This document shows, in pieces, positions 36,437 to 43,561 of a stretch of 64,000 bases of DNA. This DNA is from an uncultured Gemmatimonadaceae bacterium (GTDB lineage Bacteria; Gemmatimonadota; Gemmatimonadetes; Gemmatimonadales; GWC2-71-9). Below the pieces are notes generated by a model, which was not told the DNA's origin, ran no database searches, and saw nothing but the letters and a program-made list of their open reading frames with translations. The stretch is taken from the NCBI GenBank assembly GCA_964518955.1, contig CAZFHS010000029.1, positions 15,963 through 79,962 on the forward strand. The letters run 5' to 3'. Both the position numbers and the translations under genes were made by a program. How positions within the stretch are numbered: the first letter of the stretch is position 1; every line of letters starts with the position of its first letter.

Positions 36437-37335
36437 TATTGATCCTCTTCGGGAGTCGTTTCTGCAGACTCCTTGTCGAACACTTTCCGCTTGTCGAGGC
36501 TTCCTTTGAAAGCCTCGGCGACATCGGGCTTCACTCGCATCGTAGCTTCACCGAACACACTGAACCGGATCCAGTGGTACGCGAATCGCAGTAGTTCCTC
36601 ATCGTCCGTCCGCATTCCTTCGACGAACTCTTCATCGATCTCGAACCGATCTAGGAGCGTGCTCTCGAATACGAATTCACGGAACTTGTCCAGGTCATAA
36701 CATGCCGTGAACAGCATGTGCATTCTCTCTGGCGAAAGCGCCGCATCACCTTGCTCGAAAAACTGGTGGAGCGTCAGTTCTTTGTATCCGTCACCCCAAC
36801 GGTCGTACTCGTAGATGCCTTGGTCTTCGAGCCATTGACGAACGGTTATCTCGGTGTCCTCCGCAAACCCCTGGCACACATCTTCCCTCAGTAGGAAGTA
36901 GAACTTCTCTCCGCCCCATCCGTCCGGCGTGTCCTTTTGAGCCGCCATGCCCAGCGGGTACATGCGACACGGCCAAGGTCGGTCCGAGTAGACGCCGCAG
37001 CCTTCGTCCGTCAAGAATTGGCATGACTTCGTCTCATCGTCGTTCATTCTCAGCACGACGACGGGCGTCTTCATATCCTTTTGAACCGGGAGCAGAGCGT
37101 ATCTGTCGAGGAAATCGCTCGACTTCATACCGAGGCGTTTCTTCAAACGCAGAACATCGTATGGCGACAGAAAGATGTTCACATCATGGCAGCATCGATT
37201 GAAGCAGGGAACGCCGGGATGACATCCAAACTTGAAGGTGTCATCGAGACCTAGCCTGGGGGTGTTTTCTAGGATCTTCTCTTCGAGATCGAGCTTCTGC
37301 TCTTCTGAATCGGTATTGCGTTCGTTGTCACTCAC
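36436..37335 (-). CDS. YkgJ/UPF0153-type cysteine-cluster protein (COG0727-like), function unknown
   Basis: CHPGVPCFNRCCHD plus CQFLTDEGCGVYSDRPWPCRMYP, the family signature. GTG start overlapping the stop of the upstream small ORF (GTGA). Its own TAA overlaps the qmoA ATG (TAATG). Confidence 0.7.
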   Translation of the reverse strand: MSDNERNTDSEEQKLDLEEKILENTPRLGLDDTFKFGCHPGVPCFNRCCHDVNIFLSPYDVLRLKKRLGMKSSDFLDRYALLPVQKDMKTPVVVLRMNDDETKSCQFLTDEGCGVYSDRPWPCRMYPLGMAAQKDTPDGWGGEKFYFLLREDVCQGFAEDTEITVRQWLEDQGIYEYDRWGDGYKELTLHQFFEQGDAALSPERMHMLFTACYDLDKFREFVFESTLLDRFEIDEEFVEGMRTDDEELLRFAYHWIRFSVFGEATMRVKPDVAEAFKGSLDKRKVFDKESAETTPEEDQ

Positions 37336-37616
37336 GGGGCGTCTCCTTCGGACTCATCCACGATCATCTCGCGTGTCGCGGCATCCGACCATACCGGTAG
37401 AGGTGAAGAAGCGCCTGTAGAAGGGTTGACTGCGAATCGATACGAAGCGTTTTGTTTGAACTGCTCCTTCATCCAACTCCAGCCGTTCTTGTAATAAGAA
37501 CAGTCATCATTGAAGCAAACAAAAAAGAACTCCTCATCCCATGAAGCATCGACGGGCACACGCCATTTGCTCAGGCGTGTATCGCAGTGAGGGCAGGTTC
37601 GCGAAAACTCTTTCAT
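37332..37616 (-). CDS. small zinc-ribbon-like protein (94 aa), function unknown
   Basis: CPHC...(22 aa)...CFNDDC four-Cys arrangement. Trp-rich (WSWMKEQF). Translationally coupled to the YkgJ-like gene. Confidence 0.5.
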   Translation of the reverse strand: MKEFSRTCPHCDTRLSKWRVPVDASWDEEFFFVCFNDDCSYYKNGWSWMKEQFKQNASYRFAVNPSTGASSPLPVWSDAATREMIVDESEGDAP

Positions 37617-37739
37617 TCGGTTCCTCGGTCGATCATCGTTGATTCATGCCGGCCTGGAAACCGTCCCTCGCCCAGCTGCGAAAGTCCGAATGCCTTTCGA
37701 GACAAAAAAGTTTCAAGAGGAGTCCAGGATGGGACCTGA

Positions 37740-37760
37740 GGGCACCGCGGCGCGGTGCCC
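37740..37760 (-). other. strong GC stem-loop downstream of aprA (mRNA-stabilising or terminator-like element)
   Basis: GGGCACCGCG-G-CGCGGTGCCC, a nearly perfect 10-bp inverted repeat 30 nt after the aprA stop. A T6 run follows about 30 nt further downstream on the minus strand (37704..37709). Confidence 0.4.
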
Positions 37761-37790
37761 CAAGATCCCAAGTACCATGAAGCCGTTTGG

Positions 37791-39683
37791 TTAGACAGAG
37801 ATGTACTTAACCGGCTTCTTCATCATCTCCCACTCACCCGTGTTCTTGTCATACTTGCAGTTGCAGAAAGCCAACCAATTGTCATTGTCGATGGACGGCT
37901 TGTCAGCCCTGAAGTAATAACCGGGCCAGCGGGTTTCCTCGCGGAACAGGATCGAGTGCACGTGTGCGTATGCCTGATACATGCGGTGGACGTTCTCCCA
38001 ACAACGCATCAGTTCGTGCAAGCTATCCGCAGCTTGATTCTCTGCGTCTTCTTTCAAGAAGTCGAGCAGCTCCAAGCCCTTCTCCAGCATCTTGTCGCTG
38101 GTCATGAACTGAGCTGAAACGCCACCCGCATACTCGTCCATGATCTTCTGGAGACGATACATGAACTGCTTGGCACGGATGTAGTTCGGGTTGATCTCAG
38201 GATCCGTCGTGGCACCCTTGTGTTCTTCGAACATGTTCATCGGTTTCAAGATCTTCGCGGTCAGATCGTCGATCTGGGCCTGGTCCACAGTCGGTGCATC
38301 GTTGTTGTCAACGATGTACGCGCAAGCGGCCTTGGCTGCGATACGACCTTCGGTGAACGAGCCCGAGGAGAACTTGTGACTGGAAGCGCCGGAGGCGTCG
38401 CCAGCTGCAAACATGCCCGATACGGTGGTCATGTTCGGGTAACCCCAGAAGTACTCGTCCTTGGTCTCGCCGGTCTGCAAGTCTTCGGGACCGGAGACCC
38501 ATGCGCCTGAAGCACCGGAGTGCGAACCGATGAAGTACGGATCGCAAGCCATGATCTCAGACGGCTTCTTCTCAGGCTCGACGTTCGAGGCCGCCCACAA
38601 AATGGCCTGTGAAATCGTCATGTCCAGGAAGTCTTCCCATGCCTCAGCCTCGAGTTCCTTCAACTTCTTCTTCGCGGCCTTCTCGTCGGGCGCCTTCTCC
38701 GCGATCCTCTGGATGGCTTCGGCGGTCTGCATGTAAATCGGCGCCTTACCTTCCATGACGTCGAGCATCATGAGCCAGTTACGGATGTTAGCCGGACGCG
38801 GCTTGACCTTGCCATAGGGCTCCCACTTGTCGAGCTCGGGCTCACGCTCTTGCATGTAGTTGCCGCCCTGCGCGTTTGTCGCAACCGACTTGAAGAGCAA
38901 GAACCACGCACCGACCGGGCCGTATGCATCCTTGAACCGGACAGGAATGAAGCGAACTTCCTGACAGGTCATCTCAGCACCAGCATACAGGGTGAAGAAT
39001 GCGCTGGAAGCAGAGTTGAACGGCGGGTACCAGGAGCGGCCGAAGCCCTCACCAGTGGAACGCGGCTTGAAGACGTGCACCGCACCACCCAGGATCACCA
39101 TAGTCGCCTTCGCCTTGAACACATACACTTTGTTCTCACGGACGCTGAAGCCGATCGCGCCGGCGCAATTGTCACCATCCATCAGCGGGTGCGTCAGGAA
39201 GACGCGCTCGAAGTATTCGGCGCCGGCATCGGCAAGCGCGTTCTTCGCTGCCTCAGCCACGATGACTTTGTAGGATTCACCATTGATCATGAGCTGCCAA
39301 CGGCCCTCATGAACGTAGTTGCCATCCGCATCCGTCCAGATCGGAAGGCCCCACTTTTCAAACAGGTGGACCGTACCGTCAACATGACGGGCGATGTTGG
39401 CCACCAAGTCCTCACGAGTGATGCCCATGAGGTCGTTGCGGACGTAGTCGCAATAGTCCTTCAACGTGTTGTTACCGCTATTCAGATCCACATACTGGTT
39501 GATGGCCGAAAGACCCATCGCAACCGCACCAGAGCGATCCATCGCCGCTTTGTCGACTACGGTGACCTTCAAGCCGGCCTTTTTGGCCCAATAGGAGGCT
39601 TCAACCGCTGCTCCGCAGGCGCCCATTCCGCCGCCGCAGATCAGCAGATCAGTCTCGACCGTTACAGTTTCAAAATCCGCCAT
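37791..39683 (-). CDS. aprA: adenylylsulfate (APS) reductase alpha subunit
   Basis: FAD motif LLICGGGMGACGAA. 630 aa with the C-terminal ...WLAFCNCKYD... region typical of AprA. Follows aprB. Confidence 0.95.
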   Translation of the reverse strand: MADFETVTVETDLLICGGGMGACGAAVEASYWAKKAGLKVTVVDKAAMDRSGAVAMGLSAINQYVDLNSGNNTLKDYCDYVRNDLMGITREDLVANIARHVDGTVHLFEKWGLPIWTDADGNYVHEGRWQLMINGESYKVIVAEAAKNALADAGAEYFERVFLTHPLMDGDNCAGAIGFSVRENKVYVFKAKATMVILGGAVHVFKPRSTGEGFGRSWYPPFNSASSAFFTLYAGAEMTCQEVRFIPVRFKDAYGPVGAWFLLFKSVATNAQGGNYMQEREPELDKWEPYGKVKPRPANIRNWLMMLDVMEGKAPIYMQTAEAIQRIAEKAPDEKAAKKKLKELEAEAWEDFLDMTISQAILWAASNVEPEKKPSEIMACDPYFIGSHSGASGAWVSGPEDLQTGETKDEYFWGYPNMTTVSGMFAAGDASGASSHKFSSGSFTEGRIAAKAACAYIVDNNDAPTVDQAQIDDLTAKILKPMNMFEEHKGATTDPEINPNYIRAKQFMYRLQKIMDEYAGGVSAQFMTSDKMLEKGLELLDFLKEDAENQAADSLHELMRCWENVHRMYQAYAHVHSILFREETRWPGYYFRADKPSIDNDNWLAFCNCKYDKNTGEWEMMKKPVKYISV

Positions 39684-39749
39684 TTTCGTCTTTCTCCTTA
39701 GGAGTTCTTCTTGCTGAAGAAATCAGTCCGTTGAAAAAGTCCACTCACG

Positions 39750-40217
39750 CTAGAGCGTGGGGACCTTGTCCATCTTCACTGGGCCACGCTCGGTGTTGAG
39801 CACCTCAGGCTCGCACATGAGTGTGGGGCTCTTCAGGTCGTCGTCTGCAGTGGGGTAATGATCGAACGGCTGCGCTTTGCCTTCTTCGACGCCTTTGCGA
39901 ATGGGGAACTTGAACCGCTTCGGCTTGATTTCCTTGCTCCGGAACTGAACGGTCCACATGATGCTGTCCGTGCTGCGCATCGCGGTGACGCTTGCGCCCA
40001 TCGGCACGAAGTCCTGATAGCCGCGCACCTCGATCGCCTGCGTGGGGCAGATCTTGACGCAGCTGTAGCACTCCCAGCACATCTGCGGGTCCTGGTTGTA
40101 CGCCTTCATGATCTCTTTGTCCAAAACCATGAGGTCGTTGGGACAAATGTACTGGCAGGCAGTCTTGTCGAGTGCCTTACAGCCGTCACATTTGTCCGGA
40201 ATTACGTAACTTGGCAT
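39750..40217 (-). CDS. aprB: adenylylsulfate (APS) reductase beta subunit
   Basis: MPSYVIPDKCDGCK...CQYICPND...CWECYSCVKICP, plus the AprB-specific C-terminal tail. Confidence 0.95.
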   Translation of the reverse strand: MPSYVIPDKCDGCKALDKTACQYICPNDLMVLDKEIMKAYNQDPQMCWECYSCVKICPTQAIEVRGYQDFVPMGASVTAMRSTDSIMWTVQFRSKEIKPKRFKFPIRKGVEEGKAQPFDHYPTADDDLKSPTLMCEPEVLNTERGPVKMDKVPTL

Positions 40218-40543
40218 CTTCCTTCTTCCTTTCGTAGGACGTTCTCGAGAACTTGACCTAACCGGTTACTGAAAACCCTGCACCTATCTTAGAAAACACC
40301 TTCTCCGTACTCAGACGTTGAGACAAAACTCCCCGCATCGGCATGCATGCGCGGCTCGCTCTCGCGAGTAAGACTGCTGGAAACCGGGAGAAACTCAGCG
40401 ATATGTGAAGTCATGCTCTCACGGCAGCGATCCACAGCGCATCTTGCCCCGCTCGACGCGCGCACGTTGAAAACACCAAACGCGTTGCTGTTTCGCTTCC
40501 GTATCACTTCACATCCTACCCAGAGCAAACCCAAACTGCGGGC

Positions 40544-40566
40544 TTGCGAGATGTTTTTCACGATTT
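40544..40566. promoter_or_regulatory. copy 1 of a 23-nt box (TTGCGAGATGTTTTTCACGATTT), candidate Rex-type operator
   Basis: Core CGAGAT-N5-TCACG has the 5-6-5 geometry of TGTGA-N6-TCACA. Located in the aprB upstream region. Confidence 0.45.
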
Positions 40567-40621
40567 GGCGTCACCGCCCACTTCACCCACCTAAAACCCG
40601 TTGAACCCACCCGTGGCGACG

Positions 40622-40643
40622 TTACGAGATTTTTATCACGATT
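40622..40643. promoter_or_regulatory. copy 2 of the box (TTACGAGATTTTTATCACGATT)
   Basis: Identical core to copy 4. Shares the extended left flank CGACGTTA with copy 4. Confidence 0.5.
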
Positions 40644-40756
40644 AAATGTCGCGAGGGGTACCGATGAACGCAAGCCCTTGAAATCAGTGCACTTTGCCGA
40701 CTTCTGCGGCCCCCAAAAAACCCTCAAATCAATGCAAGCACACTCATACCAATAGG

Positions 40757-40779
40757 TTACGAGATTTTTGTCACGATTT
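40757..40779. promoter_or_regulatory. copy 3 of the box (TTACGAGATTTTTGTCACGATTT)
   Basis: One substitution relative to copy 2. Lies 44 nt downstream of the rex stop. Confidence 0.5.
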
Positions 40780-40822
40780 CGGCTGCGTTGGCACATACGG
40801 CCAGCACCACCATTGGACGCGG

Positions 40823-41455
40823 TCATTCTTCTTCCAGCTGCCTCAGGTAGTGCGCGATCTCGGCAAACCCGAGCGAAATGTGCTCTTCACGTACCAGAAC
40901 TCCAGGTGGCACGAACAGCCTGATCGGCGAGAAATTCCAGATCGCCTTGATGCCCATGTCGACCAGACGATCGGCAATGTGCTGCGAGACCGTCGCCGGC
41001 GTTGTAATAATGGCGAGCTGGATTGCGTGCTTCTCGATGAACGGCTTCAGGGCCTGCATCGGCTTGATTGTCGCACCTGCAACCTTGCGACCCTTCAGTT
41101 TCTTGTCGTTGTCGAACGCAGCAACGATTTCGAGTCCATACCGGGAAAAACCGTGGTAGGTCAGAAGAGCGCTGCCAAGACGGCCTGCACCGACCAGTAC
41201 GGCGTCGACCTCTCGATCGAAGCCAAGAGCGGCCCTAATCGACCGGCATACTTCACACCTCTCAAAGCCGACACGACCCATACCCACGATACCAATGGAA
41301 CCGAGGTCCTTGCGTACTTGCGTCGGGTCGATGTCCAGCGCCTCTGCAATCTCGGCGCTGGTAACTGTCGGTCCCTTCCCTTTTGGGTTCGAATCGGAAA
41401 GAAGCCGATAATACCGCATCAAGCGCTCTACGACCAATCGTCGTAACCGAGCCAA
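40823..41455 (-). CDS. rex: redox-sensing transcriptional repressor Rex
   Basis: N-terminal winged helix RLMRYYRLL...TSAEIAEALDIDPTQVRKDLGSIG. NADH Rossmann motif AVLVGAGRLGSALL. 210 aa. Confidence 0.9.
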   Translation of the reverse strand: MARLRRLVVERLMRYYRLLSDSNPKGKGPTVTSAEIAEALDIDPTQVRKDLGSIGIVGMGRVGFERCEVCRSIRAALGFDREVDAVLVGAGRLGSALLTYHGFSRYGLEIVAAFDNDKKLKGRKVAGATIKPMQALKPFIEKHAIQLAIITTPATVSQHIADRLVDMGIKAIWNFSPIRLFVPPGVLVREEHISLGFAEIAHYLRQLEEE

Positions 41456-41495
41456 ATTCTACCCCCTCAAACACCTGAAATCCTTACTCACGACG

Positions 41496-41519
41496 TTAAC
41501 GAGATTTTTATCACGTTTT
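41496..41519. promoter_or_regulatory. copy 4 of the box (TTAACGAGATTTTTATCACGTTTT) in the rex / cbiX divergent region
   Basis: Lies 41 nt upstream of the rex ATG and upstream of the oppositely oriented cbiX-cobA/hemD genes. Confidence 0.5.
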
Positions 41520-41661
41520 CGGCGTTCGTGGATTCTAATCGAGGGTCCCGGTTAGTCAAGCCGAATCGAGAAATCCATCACGTTTCGGACTTAAAGTGGA
41601 ACACCGGGGGCACTTTGCGTACCATGCATCCCATGAATTGGCAGCACGAACCAACCGGCCT

Positions 41662-42021
41662 ATGTTGATCGCAATCGCCCACGGGAGTAGGAACCCTGCC
41701 TGGCGCGACTCCGTCGAGCGGCAATTCGAGCTGCTCGAGGCTGAGCTCGGACCAGGCAAACTACAGTTGGCCTATATGGACCTGTCTCCACCGTCGCTCA
41801 TGGACATTGTTGAAGCAACCGTCCAGCATGGTGTGACCAAGCTCAGAGTTTTTCCGCTGTTCTTGGCTGTTGAAGGGCACGTGACGAAGGACGTACAGCC
41901 CCTGATAGACGATATTCGGAAGACCTTCCCTTCCGTGCATATCGAGTTGCTGCCTCCGTTAGGCCAACAACCTCTATTTCGCGAGATGCTGCGCAGTCTC
42001 GCGCAAGAGGAATCTCAGTAG
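41662..42021 (+). CDS. cbiX: small CbiX/SirB-type sirohydrochlorin chelatase
   Basis: MLIAIAHGSRNPAWR... (the chelatase His-Gly-Ser motif) and RVFPLFLAVEGHVTKD. The track start at 41596 is possible, but 41662 gives the family-typical N-terminus. Confidence 0.75.
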   Translation: MLIAIAHGSRNPAWRDSVERQFELLEAELGPGKLQLAYMDLSPPSLMDIVEATVQHGVTKLRVFPLFLAVEGHVTKDVQPLIDDIRKTFPSVHIELLPPLGQQPLFREMLRSLAQEESQ

Positions 42022-42033
42022 GCGGAATACAAA

Positions 42034-43554
42034 ATGACCGACCTCAACGATTCTCCTGGCACCGTATACCTGGTGGGCGCCGGCCCCGGCGACCCGGGCG
42101 CCATCACCCTGCGCGCCGTGGAATGTCTCCAGACGGCTGACCTCATACTGTGGGACTACCTGGTTAATCCTGTGGTCGTTGAGCATGCAGGTTCAAGTGC
42201 AGAATTGATCCATCTGGGAAAGCCAGGTTCCGGTAGATCGCTCACTCCCGGTGAAATCACAGATATGGTGATCGAAGCCGCCAAAGCCGGCCGGTCGGTG
42301 GTCAGGCTCAAGAGTGGAGATGCGTCGATATTTGGGCGGGGCGCCGACGAGATGGACGCACTTCGGGAAGCGGGAATCCCGTTCGAGGTTGTACCCGGTA
42401 TCACGGCAGGATTGGCTGTAGCGGCGTATAGCGAGATTCCGGTAACTCATTACGCAGAGGCTTCTGCCGTAGCGCTGGTGACTGGGCGGGAACGGGATGA
42501 GAAATCGGCCCTGCAGTTGGAACGCGGGCTGGCGGACTTCCCTGGCACACTCGTGTTTTACATGGGTGTTCGCAGAGCTCCGGAGTGGAGCCGCGCTCTG
42601 ATTGCGCAGGGCAAGGCACCGAACACTCCAGTCGCAATTGTCCAATGGTGTTCGCGCGCCGAGCAACAGACGGTACGCTGCACGTTGGAGACGGTCTCTG
42701 CGACCATCGACGATCACGAGATTCGTCCGCCCGCTTTGTTCGTCGTCGGACGAGTGGTTGATCATGCCCCGGACGCTTCATGGTTCGAGTCTCGTCCCCT
42801 CTTCGGCACCACTATACTCGTCCCCGGGACTCCACTCACCTCAGTGAAACTGCGGGATCATCTGAGTGCTCAGGGTGCCAACGTTGTCCTTTCACCCGCG
42901 ATCAGAATCGATGCGCCTGAAGAATGGTCGGCGTTGGATGATTCGCTCGACCGCATTCAGGACTTCGACTGGCTCGTCTTCTCAAGCGCAAACGGAGTTG
43001 ATTTCCTGCTGCAGAGGCTGCACGAAAGAGGTGGTGACGCACGGAGGCTAGGAGGCATCAAGCTCGCAGCCATCGGACCGGGGACCGCCGAAAGACTCTC
43101 CGGCTACCACCTAAACACCGATCTGGTGCCAGATACCTACACCGCCGAAGGTCTCGCAGAGGCACTCGCGCCATTTGCTGCCGGCGGACGTTTTCTGCTA
43201 GCGCGCGCTAGCCAGGGCCGCGACATCCTTGCTCAGCGCCTACATGGGGCCGGCGCAGAGGTAACTCAGGTAGTGGTGTATGCTAGCGCGGGTGTCACCG
43301 AAGCGGATTCTCGGATAACCGACGCACTCGGTCGAAGTGAGATCGACTGGGTTTCCGTGGCTAGTTCCGAGACGGCAAGGTCACTTCACAGACTCTACGG
43401 CCAAGCGCTCGGCAACGCTCGTCTCGCAAGCATCAGTCCCGTTACGACGGCGGCGCTCCGCGAGCTAGGATATGAACCGGTGGTCGAGGCTACTGCTCAC
43501 ACGATTAAAGGCATCGCGGACGCGATAGTGAGCCACCGCGAATCTGACGGCTAG
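42034..43554 (+). CDS. cobA: uroporphyrinogen-III C-methyltransferase / uroporphyrinogen-III synthase fusion (CobA-HemD)
   Basis: N-terminal VYLVGAGPGDPGAITLRAVECLQTADLILWD and SGDASIFGRG SUMT motifs. The C-terminal ~250 aa is HemD-like (two-lobed, LVFSSANGV...). Confidence 0.9.
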   Translation: MTDLNDSPGTVYLVGAGPGDPGAITLRAVECLQTADLILWDYLVNPVVVEHAGSSAELIHLGKPGSGRSLTPGEITDMVIEAAKAGRSVVRLKSGDASIFGRGADEMDALREAGIPFEVVPGITAGLAVAAYSEIPVTHYAEASAVALVTGRERDEKSALQLERGLADFPGTLVFYMGVRRAPEWSRALIAQGKAPNTPVAIVQWCSRAEQQTVRCTLETVSATIDDHEIRPPALFVVGRVVDHAPDASWFESRPLFGTTILVPGTPLTSVKLRDHLSAQGANVVLSPAIRIDAPEEWSALDDSLDRIQDFDWLVFSSANGVDFLLQRLHERGGDARRLGGIKLAAIGPGTAERLSGYHLNTDLVPDTYTAEGLAEALAPFAAGGRFLLARASQGRDILAQRLHGAGAEVTQVVVYASAGVTEADSRITDALGRSEIDWVSVASSETARSLHRLYGQALGNARLASISPVTTAALRELGYEPVVEATAHTIKGIADAIVSHRESDG

Positions 43555-43561
43555 CGATCGG

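Noticed and set aside
34844-36442. 532-aa plus-strand ORF (also 33103..34167, 354 aa)
   Set aside because: Both are antisense to qmoA/qmoB. The opposite strand has FAD and 4Fe-4S motifs, and these ORFs have no independent signal.
38850-39701. 283-aa plus-strand ORF (similar cases: 30899..31579, 25212..26108, 21474..22211, 7282..7995, 6309..7031, 10111..10731, 49169..49774)
   Set aside because: They are antisense to aprA, sat, dsrO/J, dsrB, hydA, Gfo/Idh/MocA, hydB/G and DUF89 respectively. All have low-complexity Arg/His/Val-rich translations, and the real genes on the other strand are well supported.
40289-40826. ORFs of 85-105 aa in the rex-aprB gap
   Set aside because: They have no SD or start context. 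Their composition is odd and they overlap each other on both strands. The region contains the repeated regulatory boxes, so I treat it as non-coding leader.
40544-41519. The four 23-nt direct repeats as a CRISPR array or MITE
   Set aside because: There are only four copies with irregular spacing (about 78, 135 and 740 nt), and one of them lies on the far side of a gene. There are no cas genes and no terminal inverted repeats or target-site duplications. Their placement in promoter regions fits operators better.
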